A stretch of 64,000 nucleotides of DNA from the human T2T-CHM13v2.0 reference genome, Homo sapiens. A program made the position numbers and the translations under genes. Within the stretch, counting starts at the first letter, position 1. Every line of letters begins with the position of its first letter. Below, piece after piece: positions 47,401-59,796 of the stretch. A model generated the notes under the pieces. That model was not told where the DNA came from. It searched no databases and saw nothing but the letters and a program-made list of their open reading frames with translations. The stretch is taken from NCBI RefSeq assembly GCF_009914755.1, contig NC_060938.1; one strand, given 5' to 3'.

Positions 47401-50400
47401 CATCACTGAGCAAGTGCTGGATCCTTTGTCTCTGGCACCCCTGACATCTCCGGTTCTATCTTTTCAGGAGCCCCAGGGAGACTTCCCATAGAGACTAACT
47501 GGAAACTGAGCCCATCCCTTCCATCCCAGAGGAGCTGGGGGCTGGTCTCCCAGAGCCTCATAAATGTTCAGGGGTGGCCAAGAGGAAGGCCTTCTTCAGG
47601 AGGAGGGGTCAGTAGTTCCTCGCCTTGTCTGCCTGCCTTTGGCTGTATAAATTAATGCATTACCTCAGACAGGAGCCACACCGCTCCCTGCCTACCCCGC
47701 GCCCACCATACCTCGCGGAGGATGGATCGCAGAGCAGGGATTCTCCTCCGTAGGGTCTCTTAGACATTTATTTGTTTAGAGGTAGTGCATGATTTGGAAA
47801 TTCAGAGAGAGGAATATAAGCCCACAATCCCGAGATAGCCACTGTGAACATTTTAGTATATTTCCTCCTTTGTCCTTTAGAGTTGTAGAAATTTGGAGCT
47901 GATGATCCTTGGTTCCACGCTTCTCACTTTATAGAAAATGGAAGTCCAGAGAGGAGAGAGACTCCCACACACCTAACTTACTGGCAGAGCTCCAGCACAG
48001 TTCACTCTGAAGGGGATTCGTACAATCCAGAACCGTCCAGGAGAGCACAGCCAAGGCGGAAAGGGACTGGAAGACAGGACGGGGACCAAGGGAGGCCTGG
48101 AGGGGAGTGCACCAGGGCTGCCAGGCCAGCACAGAGAGACGGTCTTTGTGGTCCTGACAGACCACTGGGGGCAGTCCTGGCAAGACAGATTTCACCCTTT
48201 GGGAAGAAGACTTTGCCAGTGAGAACCACCCACCCCAGCTAGGGCCTCGCACTTGAGGTCAGACCGGGTGGCTCCTAAGGCTCTCTGTACAGCCCTGAGA
48301 ACCTGTCCAGCTCCTGGGATACCTCTCCCGGTGCCACGTGGATGGGCATTGAGGCAGCAAGGCCATTGGGTGCTGGCAATGTGCCACACTCCTGCCCAAG
48401 AAGGGGCTCCGCCAGGGGGCTCCGAGCCGCAGCTTCTCACACTCGCACCAGGGCTGGGCTCCCCTTCTTGCTCTCCCTGTCTCTGTGCCCCGCTTGACCC
48501 TTCTTCCTCCATGTGTCCTATCCCCCTGCAGTCTTGGTGACTCTGTGGAGGGCTTTAGAGTCCTCTCTTTTGGGGTTGAAGCCTGGCTTAACTGTTGACT
48601 GTTCAGAGGCCACAAAGATGCTACTTCAGTTTTCCAACTCTCCAGCTTTCTTACGGGTAGAGTGGAGCTCACAGCAGGATTCCTAGGACGAGGGAGGCTA
48701 AACGAGGTGGTGTCTGAGTCTCTGGCACAGGATCTAGTACGTAGTGTAATACACACTCAATAAACTTGAGTTCTCTCCTTACCCCAACTCATTGTATTTT
48801 CTAAGTGCCACTGCCACTGGTGGCCTATGGTGTGTCACTCACTGATAGCTCGTGAGGCCCAGTCCTCAGCTCAGCCACTGTTTCCTGCTCTGGGAGCTTA
48901 TAAGCCATTAGACTTCTGCTATTTTCTCTAAGACTGTGTCACTCGCTCTAGGCTCGCCCAGTGGCTGGAGATGCTCAGTTTGCCTGGGGCCAGTCATCCA
49001 CGTACTTAACAAATATGTATTGCATTGACTATAGGTCAAAAACTATGGTAAGTACTGGGAATACAGAGGTGAGCAAAACAGTTATGTCCATGGAGTTAAA
49101 GTCAGGCTGTTCTGTTGGCCACGCTCTTCCTCCTGCCCTTCCTGGTATGTGCAAGCATATGTCATGGATCCTGGTGAACTCGGACTCACATTCAGAGTCC
49201 CATGAGCAGGTGCTCTCCTACACCTGGGCCACGCCTGACCGCCCGAGTCTCAGCAGGCTATGAGGAAGTGGGAGGGGAGGAGTGTCACCTGCATCTGGCT
49301 CATTCTCCGTGAAGCCCATAATGCGTGCCCAGATTTTCCCTCTTCTGTGCTCTCCCTACCCCTTTCCACTACACTAGGACAGCTTTCTTGAAGATGGCAG
49401 TACCTTGCTTTGGAATCCTTTGTCAAATCCTTATGTCAGAGAGAGATGCTATAAAAGCCTTTTGAAAAGGTACAATACAAGGACCATGTATAAGCTCATC
49501 TCCTCCTTGGAGCAGCCTGTGAAGGGCACATGGCAATTCTTCATGTCCCTGCTTGCAGAATAGCAGCAAAGGGGAGTGACCGCCAAACGCCTGTAGTGTG
49601 TCCCAGGTAGAGATGCTGCCAGACGGGAGCCCGCCTCTTGCAGTGCTCACTCTCCCCAGTGAGAAGGGACTCGGACCTCCTGGCCCCACTCCCCATCAGT
49701 CATATAGACTCTGCCCTGAGTCTGTCAGCTCCTGTCCCCTGTGGCTGGCCCCCTCACCCCACCTCACCACCCCTCCCTTTCAGGAGGGCTCATGGCTGAG
49801 TCTGGCCCAGCCTTCCCTCCCCTCTTGTGTGTTTCTCCCCAGCTCATGGCTCCTAAGAGTAAAAGGGCTCCTCTGACTCACCACTGTGTTTGGGAGGAGT
49901 GGGTGTTTGATGGAACTTAGACTCGAAGCTGGAAAGTGGGCCTCCAAGACAGCAAGAAGTCAGCTCCTTCCCAAGAATCATCACAGTCCAGCGGGCCCTG
50001 GAGCAGGCCAGCCTGGACTTGAGCCTTGGCTGGGTCTCAGCCTCTGTCCTCCTGCAGCTCTTTGTGTTCAGAGAAGAGGTCAGCCAGGGAACCTATGGCC
50101 CGTCCTGCTACCAGTGGTGAGCCCTGCCACCAAGGGCTGGACCCACATGACACCATGAATGCCCAGCCACCCTGCTCTTGTTTGATGTTGGACCTGAAAT
50201 TTCCCTTTCTCTTTTTCATTTGTCTGTGGCATGATGGGTTCTTTTATTTTTCCTTTTTTAATTTTTGAATTTCTTCTCATGCTTGTTTCCTATCTCATCC
50301 TCTTTATTTTGACTTGACAAAATTTGTCTGAGATGAATGAGAAGAGGGTGAGAGTTTTCTTAGTTGGAGTCCCAGGTGAATGGGCCAGGCCCCTGCCTCG

Positions 50401-53400
50401 GCAAAATCAGCTCCCAGACTCAACAAGCTTGGGACACTGGGGCCAGCGTCACAAACCCTGTGGCTCTGGGCAAGTCCCCTCACCCCTGAGAACCACCACC
50501 ACTCATCCCGTATACTTCAGGGGGCCGTGGTGGAACCAGCTGGGCAGTGAGTGCACGCAGCCTGTGGAGAAGAAAGCGCTCCACCGAGGGGACCACACCA
50601 GCAAGGCTTGGGGGGCAGAGGGCCACTTAAGCCAGCACATAGGTAGGTTCCCGTCCAACTCAGCAGAAAGATCAACAGTGTGCTTTCAACAGTAATGCGA
50701 ACAAATATTTCCAGCACTTTATGGATTACCATGTGGTTTTTACTCCTAGAGTTTGTTTATTCCTCACCGCAGCTTGGTGAGGTACCACTGTTAGCGTTAG
50801 TGTATTAGGACTCCCATTTTACAGATGAGGGCACAGCAGCTTGCCTAGGGGTGCATGACTAGGCAGATGTGAGGCAGAACTTAGGCCAGGTCCTCTCGTG
50901 CCCACTGCCTGCCCAGGTTAGTACCTCATGGGAACAAGACAATTAAGATGTGATCCGCAGACCATCGTTGCCATACATTCACTGTACAAAGGAGGGCACC
51001 TCATGGCCACAGAAGGTGACTCTGCGCTCTGCCACTGTGTGCAGAGCCACAGGGTCCTCTAGCAGAAAGGCATCTGAAACTCACAGCCCTGAGAAAAAGG
51101 CTGGGTCAGCAGCTCTGTGACTTTAGTTTGTCCCTAAGGCCTCTGGTCAGCAGAGGGTACCTGGTGCTGGCAGGGCATCGTTACACTGCTGCATCCTCTC
51201 TGGACAAGCATGAACTTGGGGGACCCCTTCTAATCCCTATATCTCCGTGGCTCACCTCCTAGGTTTTTCTTTTCACTCAAGTCAGTTCAGCATGACTCCT
51301 TCACCTGAACTTTTCCCCAAGGGTGAGTGAGCTTGAGCCCCCTCTCCCCTTCCTGACTTAGTTCAGTGGAATATGAACTAAGTGTCTGATGCGAGCCAGG
51401 CTATGAGCGTGGAGTGCGGAGTGAGACGTGCTCTCTGCCTGCAAGAAGCCCAGGGTCTAGTACAGAAAAGAAGGCAGCTCCCAAATTACTGGAATATGGG
51501 TGAGAAAGCTGTCAGTTTTTAAGAGAGGCGCATGGGCACCGGTTGGTGAGAAGGAGCATGAGGACCTGGGGAGGGCTTCATGGAAGAGGTGACCACTGAG
51601 CTGGGCCTGGAAGCCTTGCTTGGTGGAGACGGCAGGAAAAGGTGACCCACATGGGTTGAGTAGCGCACAAAACACAGAGAGACAGGAAGCATGGTGGGGC
51701 CGGGCCCAGTGTCCAGGTGCAGGAGGTCAGCTATGGAGGACTGTCGGGGAGGCGCAGCCACAAGGTGGCCTGGGGCCTAGGCTGAAACCTTGAATCTTAT
51801 TCAATGGAGCCTGGACCCAACCCTGTGCAGGTCATGTCTGTGTTTCCCAGACATCACTTAGGCCACACTGTCAGAATGAGAGAGAGTGGAGGTGAGGGTC
51901 CAAGAGAGAGACGCCAAGGCTGCCAGGTGGCAGCAGAGAAGCAGGGTGTTTTGTGGGGCAGCCGACACAGCACCAACAAGACTCCGTTACCTAACGAGCC
52001 GTGGGAGGCAGAGAGGGAAGAGCTGGGACTCCCACCATCCCCATCGCCCTGACTCCTGTGGAATCCAAGCTCAGCTCGGGCGACGAGAGGTGGCTCCAAG
52101 GTGCTCATCTGCAGCACGGGACAGGTGCCACATCCTCCGCCTTGGCTTCTGCCTGCATCACGCAGGGAAGTCATGTGTAGTGCCTCACCACTAGACACGA
52201 GGGAGTCTGATTACTAGCAGCCAGGAGCCTTCCTTAGCTACTCCTCCCACTGAACAAGCACCTGCCAAGGGGCTGCTGCTTGGAGCTTCCCAAGGGCCAC
52301 CAGCAGTCTGCAGCAATGACCTTCCCTGTCCCTCCCCCCGACTGCCACGGGGAAGCTGTGCCGGGGGACGGAGGAGGCCAGGAGTAAGGGGGCGATGGGA
52401 ACCTCAGGTCTGTCACAGTTACCCTGGGTGACATTGGACAGACCCCTGCGCCTTGCTGGGCCTTAGCTCCCACCCCTAAAACAAAAGGACTGTACTTTTA
52501 TAATGTTCAGGGCCATGGTGGCTCAAAACAATTGAACATTTTCTTCGTTTAAGAAGAATGGCAAGCCTTACGTAATCAGTGCAATCAAGTGTTATCCTTT
52601 CCTGCTCTGTCGGGTCTAAAACTCCAGCCAATTTTTAATCAGGTCTTAGGTGCAGGGGCCAGAGCCCTCTGGAAGGGCCAGGGCTCCTATTAGACTTTCC
52701 CAGCCTCTGGAGAAACAGGTTGGGAGGGTGTTGGGAGGACGTCAGCCCAGCAGGCAAAATGGGGAATCCAAAGCACACAACCACACAGGCCTGTGTGTGG
52801 GCAGCTGGCTGCCATCGGGGTCCTGACAAGGGTGGAAAACAGTTACAGTGACCTGGGCAAGGCCAGACCACAGACACAGAAGGATCTTGCGACAGCTGGT
52901 GGAGCCCAAGCGTGGAAAGGCCTCCATCCTAGGGCAGGGCCAACCCTCAGACCAAATGCTAGACAGGGTCGCTGGGACAGGGACTCAGCTCCCAGAAGGA
53001 CAAAATCCAGATCCAGGAGTGAACTCAGCCGTTGAGACCCGGTCTTAGAACAAGGCAGATGTCCAGTTGTCCAAGCCAGAGCCCAAAGCCTGTGCCAAGC
53101 TCACAGCAGAGCAGCTCAGGTGCAAGTCCCGGACGTGGAGCTGAAACGCCAGGAATCCCTCCCGCCTCAGCCAGGATGAGTGGCAGTCAGGGGGCGGGGG
53201 GACACATGCCCACAGCACCTTGCACACCATCCAAGGGCAGCTTATGAGTCTGCCACATTCATCCTTCTTTCTTCAAGCTGGTCTCAATCTGACACCACTG
53301 TCTGATTGAGTTTAAGAAAGAACGTGGCATTTGCAGTTGGTTTGCATCTGCCACTTGCTGTATGTAAGACCTTGGGCAAGCCATTTAGCCTTTCTGGGCC

Positions 53401-54586
53401 TGGCTTCCCAGCTGTTACAAGTCCTTATGGGAGCCTTCTTATAGGGCTGTGAGAATTAGAGTTAAATTTAACATTAAATTTTAAAAAGTGCCTGGACGTT
53501 GCTCTGGTAATAATGTTCACATATTCATTCCTTCTGTTTCTTGAGAACAAGGAGGGAAGAACCACTAAGACCTTGGTCCTCTATGAAGTAGGAGGGAACA
53601 GGGCTGTCCCCACATCATCAGTGCAGTTGTAACTTGAATATTGCTGTGACCCCATCCTGCGGCAGAAACAAAGCCACTTCCCCATCTTGTCAGGGAGGTA
53701 TGAGAGCAGCCTGCCCAGAGTCCCTCTCCCAGTCACTGCGACTCTCTGCAGTTCCCTAGTGACACCTGAGCTGGCAGAGAAGGAACAGTCAGCTCTTTCT
53801 TAGGTGGCGGCAGAAGCTTAACTGTGGCACAGCATGGGAAGCCCTGCACAGGCCCCAGCTCCAGCCTCCTCTGAACAGGAGGTCTGCACAGCAGACTTCG
53901 CCTATGCCGGGGTCCCTCCTTCAGGGTCCAGGGCAGGGTGTGGCCAGAAAGTTCCACACCAGTCTAGAACAAGGGGAGCAAGGGCAGGGTCTGGCTCCTT
54001 CCCACCCGCAGCTCCAGACACCCTTTGTAGACAGCAGGGGTCACCCCAGGTCTAGAAGCATAGGCCTCAGCTCAGACACACCCAGGTTTTAACTCTGACC
54101 AAGACATCCGCCAGCTGTCAGTGTCAGTCCTTTGCTCAGAAAGTGGAATCAAGTGGACTTGTTAGGTTTGGCAATTCCCAGTTCCCCGCTGATTTTAATT
54201 AGAACATCCTGGTGGGATGTAAAGAGGCCAGATTCAATGTTAAAGGGTTGAGGGGGTGGTGGCCAGCAAGAAGGTCGAAGCAGTGAGAAGATAGTTTGAG
54301 AGAGAAGGCGAGCAGGGTCAGTAACTGAAAGGGTTAATTTTTAACCATGTGAAAGTTTGGGTCTCATTTATTGGTTCAGAATGAAGAGCCGTGAGAGAGA
54401 GAGGGTGATTGAGAGAGGAGATGGAGTGAGTGATGCACAGGTGTGAGTGAGGCCAACATTTAAAAAGATTCTTAAGGATGTCTCTTCTGCAGCCAGAAGG
54501 TGGGCAGAGATAGAGAGCACTCCAGTTGGGTTTGCTGGGGCCTTTCTTCCTCTAACCACACTGTTTCTGTGCTTCTCTGCCCACAG

Positions 54587-54650
54587 GCCCCTCCAGCCAG
54601 CGTCAGGTGCAGAATGGCCCCTCTCCTGATGAGATGGACATCCAGAGAAG
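54587..54650 (+). CDS. EVL: EVL exon 4 (64 nt): (G)PSSQRQVQNGPSPDEMDIQR(R)
   Basis: Acceptor ttctctgcccacag|, donor AG|gtaacc, ctaac branch-like motif upstream. Phase 1 to 2, continues the frame. Confidence 0.93.
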
Positions 54651-55932
54651 GTAACCCAGCACCCGCAGGGGCCAGGCTGGTCATCTCCCAATCAGGCTGG
54701 GTGGCCAGGGGTGCCTTCAGCGGGTGAGGATGCACCAGCAGCCAAGGCCAGGACTCCTAGAGGCATACACTGCGGGAGGGTGCAAGGTGCAAGCCAGACC
54801 AGGAAGAAAGAGGGGGCCGATGCGCAGCCGCTGGTCCCGGACACCAAGACCAGGAATGACTGTGGGAGTCTGGCATTCTACAGAGAGTGCTGCTGACCTC
54901 CAGCGGGACGGCTCTCAGGGTGACCCAGCAGGGCCCAAGTGCTGCTCCCTTGTTGCCTCACTTGCCCTTCCCCAACGTAGCAGGAGGCAGTCCAGGCATG
55001 AGGGATTCAGCCTGTTGGGGCAGTCACGCCCATGGGATGGGGCTAGGGACCATAGGAATGAACCCCCTCACCCCATGGAGCTTCTAAAGTGTTACCACAG
55101 TGGGGAAGAGGAAGGGCCAAGGCTGTTGTCCCGAAATTACAGAGTCGTGGTGAGTCCCCATGGAGCAGCCTCCCAAGGTCACATTGCTCTGAAATGGCAG
55201 AGTCAGGACTTGAACCCAGGTCTGCCCTCTCAGCGATGGGTCCTCTGCCTCTTCTGTGTCGAGGGAGGTAGGGCCTGGCCCGGGCCTTCCTCACTCAGCT
55301 TTGTCAGATAGGGAGTCAAGCTGCAGCTCTCTGTGGCTACACTTATGTCCAGCCCTGGACTAGGAGTCAGGAAAGCCGGCTTCTGCCCCCACCTACCCCT
55401 CTCACCAAATGGCATACGGACTTCTCCCAAGACCTCCTCTCCTCTGGCCTTTTCCTAAGACTGAGAAATGAATGCCTTGCAACCTTGGGCAAGTTCCTGC
55501 TCCAAGCCTCCGTTTCCCGGTTTGAAGATGGTGTTGGCTTTGCTCCCCACCTGTCTCACCCACTCACCCTCAGGGCTTTTCTTACTGTTGTCCCCATGAG
55601 CCAGCTGAAGCCGAGAATGGAAGTGACTTGCCCAGAGTAACCAGAGAGTCAGGCAGAACCTAGACTGGCAGTCAAGTCTCACTCCAGCTGCAGCTCCCTG
55701 CCGGGACCCAAGGCTGGTCCCACCCACAAAAGGGCGTGAAGGAGTGAGCCACCAGACGCCAGGTGTAAGCGTACAGGCGTGGATGGCTAAATGGGTACTT
55801 CATTTCTCTCGAAACTGCTTCATCACCCGCAGTGCTGAATTCTGTACCCCAGGGCCCAATCCAAGCTGTGTGGGGTCACTGGCCGTCCGGGAATGGGCAT
55901 ACCGCCTGGCGGTCGGGGTGTGAACAGCAGGG

Positions 55933-56170
55933 GACACACACACAAGCACATACACTTGTCCCAAGGCAGGACCACACACATAGCTGCCCCCAGACGAGAC
56001 CACGTACGGACGGACACACACACCTGCTGCAAGACGAGACCACACACATGCGCACACACACACACCTGCCCCAAGATGAGACCACATGTGGATAGACACA
56101 CACACACACACCTGCTCCACGGTGGGACCACACACAGACACAGACACACACACCTGCCCCAAGGCGGGAC

Positions 56171-56201
<31 letters not shown>

Positions 56202-56299
56202 GCCCCAAGGCAGGAATACACACACACACACACACACACACACCTGCCCCAAGACGGGATCACACACACAGACACACACACACCTGCCCCAAGGCAGGA

Positions 56300-56341
<42 letters not shown>
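55933..56341 (+). repeat. Compound minisatellite: about 9 units of CACCTGCCCCAAG(A/G)C(A/G)GGA(C/A) + (CA)n, period 40-46 bp, ending in about (AC)20
   Basis: CACCTG at 56021, 56063, 56109, 56151, 56197, 56241 and 56281. Degenerate units at 55953 and 55981. Confidence 0.93.
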
Positions 56342-56343
<2 letters not shown>

Positions 56344-56606
56344 CAGGGAGACTCTCGCTTGTCCCACGCAACTTTACTGGAGGTGGGCAGGGGCAAGACT
56401 TACTCAGTGACGCAGAGACTCCAAGCATCCAAACAGTACCATAGGTTCAGACCTGACTTGAGTATTTTTCACACATCCTCATTTTACCATGGTGTTCTAG
56501 GTGTGTGGCTCCTGCTGGGGAGGTTTCAGCAGTTTGAGCAGAGACACTAATGTAGATGCTGCTGGGAGCTTTTCAGACCTTAATGCTAAAAGGGGCTTTT
56601 CCGTAA

Positions 56607-56901
56607 TTTTTTTTTTTTTTTGAGATGGAGTCTTGCTCTGTCACCCGGGCTGGAGTGTAGTGACGCAATCTTGGCTAACTGCAACCTCCACTTCCTGGGT
56701 TCAAGAGATTCTTCTGCCTCAGCCCCTTGAGTAGCTGGGATTACAGGCGCGCGCCACCACACCCAGCTCATTTTTGTATTTTTAGTAGAGATGGGGTTTC
56801 ACCATGTTGGTCAGGCTGGTCTCAAACTCCTGGCCTCGTCATCCGCCCGCCTCACCCTCCCAAAGTGCTGTGATTACAGGCGTGAGCCACCACGCCCAGC
56901 C
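56607..56901 (-). mobile_element. AluS (-)
   Basis: Antisense Alu with ttcc(g/a)taat flanks. Confidence 0.92.
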
Positions 56902-57754
56902 ATTCCATAATGTTTTAGTTAAGGCATACACCCTACAAGAACCCCATGAAATAGATGTTTCTGGCACTCCCACCAAGCCCAGAGCTGCCTTCAGAACAAT
57001 CCTTAGCCCTGTGTTTCCACAGCACATGTTCAGTTTGCACCACACGAGCTGAGCTCTTGATGCTGTCTGTGGCCTGGATGATTTCTTAAAGTGCCTCCCA
57101 CTCCAGAACTCGATCCCTGGATTCTGGAGATGTATCTGGGCCTCAGTGTCCTCACTCAGCTTGCCTTTAAGAGCACCCTGAGGCCACCCTGCCATAAGGC
57201 ACTGGGATGTGAGTTCCCACTGCTGTGCACGTAGCAGTGTGCCACGGTGCACCAAATGGCCCTCTAGACGAAGGCGGGCCTATGACCGCTCAGTGGTAAA
57301 GAAAATGAGGAGTGTGGCCTTTGTGTCCATTTCTGCTGGCAACCAAAACACACCTGAGAACTGTCCCAGGAAGCTTGGCCAGGTCCACTAAGAACAGGCG
57401 TTCCTGAGGCTGGGTCTGTTGAGGCCACAGGCTCCCAAAAGCCAGGTGCGCCCATCTAGCCCAGGGAAGAGCTTGGTCACTCTGGGGAGTGGAATCACAC
57501 TGGCCTTCCATAAGGAGCTCTGTGTTCAGTGTGCCTGAGACTCAGGAGACAGCCGGTGCTCCCACTTGCGGGAGCTGGACCCAGTCACATCCCCCTCCTC
57601 TGTTAAGTGGAGGCAGCCGTGGCACACAGTGGCGCTTGTGGAGCGCTGGCGAAACCTGACTCTGAAGCCGGGGCCGGCGGGTACAGCACAGGCACAGAGT
57701 GTGGTGGTCTCCAGAGTGGAGGAGTCAGACTGCCCTGCTGTGATTACTTTCCAG

Positions 57755-57819
57755 ACAAGTGATGGAGCAGCACCAGCAGCAGCGTCAGGAATCTCTAGAA
57801 AGAAGAACCTCGGCCACAG
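57755..57819 (+). CDS. EVL: EVL exon 5 (65 nt): (R)QVMEQHQQQRQESLERRTSAT(G); PKA consensus RRTS with the Ser codon at 57810-12
   Basis: Acceptor tttccag|, donor CAG|gtgaga. Phase 2 to 1. ERRxS is the conserved Ena/VASP PKA site. Confidence 0.93.
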
Positions 57820-59566
57820 GTGAGAGCCCTCCTCCCCTAGGGCCGACTCCCATGCTGCTGCCAGGTGGCAGCCCCTCCACGTAGATGAGGCCCAGGGACA
57901 CACGGGGCGCTCTGTGAGCAGCTATGGGGAGCCTAGGTCTCAAAGTGCAACCACCACTTCAGATGGTGAGGGTAGCAAGAGAGCAGAGCAGAGGCTTGGG
58001 GAGTCTGCTCAGCTGGGTCTGGCCACTACCTGCCAACCTTCTCCGGAGTGGACATTCAGCAAGCACCTCCTGTGTCTCAGGCACCGTGCTAAGGGCTGGG
58101 GACACAACTATGACTGCAGATGCAGTTCCTGCCCTCAGGAAGCCCGCTGTCCACTCAAGGAGACAGTGAACCCACCCTTGTCATGTCACGTAGTGAACAC
58201 TGTGGCAAGTGACGTGCAGGTGCTGAAGGCCTACCTTGGGTCAGGAAGACTTCCCACAGGAGGCGCTGCCACGCGTCTGTCTTGGACGTTCGGTGGAGCT
58301 TAGCACGTTAAAGGAGAAGGACGAGGGTTTTCCAGAAATTGTCATGTTCACTGATAGGCAAAGGACTGGATAATTTACCAAGTGCTTTCATGTCCTTTGT
58401 CTTGTTTAATTTTCTCAAACACCCTATGAAGTGAGCAGGTGACTATTATCCTGTTGACTGATGAGAAACCCGAGCCCCCACTGGTTACAGGAACGCTCTG
58501 CTCGTGAGATGCTGGCTGACCCCATCACCCCCACCTAGCTGCTGCTGGCCTCCTGCTCCCCGGCCAGTCTGCATTTCTGATGCAGGTCTGACACTGTCAT
58601 CATGTCGTCCCTTCCCCATCACTCTTGGAACAGCCTGTGCCTGCCCTCTCTCCCTCTAGTGCCTCGCAAGCACTTCCCATCCTTTTCCTCCTTCCTCACA
58701 CTTGCCTCCCCCCTTCACCTAACTGAACCCCTGCTCTCCGGTCGTGTCCCAGCTCCACAGTCACTTCCGTGAGGACGTCATGGAGGACGTCCGTCTTCCA
58801 TGAACTTCTGGCCAGGCTGGAGCCCCTCTTTGTATGCCAACATGGCGCCGTGTGCCTGCCCTTGGTAACACTTGTCAGCTTGCCACAGTCCTCCATCTGC
58901 GTTTACCTCTGCGATTCGTTGACTGTTCCTCATAGGCTGTGAGCACCCTGAGCAGAGAGCTTGTGGCTGGTTTTCCTCAGCACCATACCCAGCACCTAGC
59001 ACAGTGCCTGGCACAAAACAGGCTTAGGCAGCACTGGCGGAAGGGGCTGGATGGATGATGCTGGAGCCCAGCACTCGGCATTGCGCCCTGACCCATGCCC
59101 CCAGTCGGCCCTGGGACCCACAGGACCTGCCACGGCCCCCAACGACCCAAGTGTCAGTCACAGTTGGATCTTGGTGACCAACTTCTGCCTAGGGGGTGCT
59201 AGGTGCTTAGAAGGAGCAGAGAAGAGAAGAGGCACAGACTGTAACCAGACAGCTTCCTCTCCCCCTGGAAAAACATGATTGGAGCAAGAGGAAATTGCCT
59301 GGGCTCAAGGAATGTTAAGCAAATAGAGGACACCTGTGGGTCCAGCCAGGCCCCGGAGTACTGAGGACACCAGAATAGGGAATAATTGTGCCAGAGCCAA
59401 GTTCATCCCGCGGAGGCTTCCTGGATGAAGCAGGCCTGGAGCTGTTTCTCATCCCTTTGGGGAGCAGCCTGCCCCTGTCCTTCCTCCGGGGAACCTGAGC
59501 TGAGAGCAGCAGGCTTGGCCCCCAGCTGGGTGCTGGAGCTGGCTGAGCCTCACTGTTGTGTTTCAG

Positions 59567-59796
59567 GGCCCATCCTCCCACCAGGACATCCTTCATCTGC
59601 AGCCAGCGCCCCCGTCTCATGTAGTGGGCCTCCACCGCCCCCCCCACCCCCAGTCCCACCTCCACCCACTGGGGCTACCCCACCTCCCCCACCCCCACTG
59701 CCAGCCGGAGGAGCCCAGGGGTCCAGCCACGACGAGAGCTCCATGTCAGGACTGGCCGCTGCCATAGCTGGGGCCAAGCTGAGAAGAGTCCAACGG
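59567..59796 (+). CDS. EVL: EVL exon 6 (230 nt): polyproline region and G-actin-binding motif [16 protein letters not shown] (start of EVH2)
   Basis: Acceptor tttcag|, donor CGG|gtaaga. The polyPro stretch and KLRR motif are typical of Ena/VASP. Confidence 0.96.

Noticed and set aside
55933-56341. CRISPR-like repeat-spacer appearance and long His/Thr- or Cys/Val-rich ORFs (55800-56550)
   Set aside because: The spacers are (CA)n microsatellites, the context is a human intron with no cas genes, and the ORFs are by-products of stop-free dinucleotide repeats.
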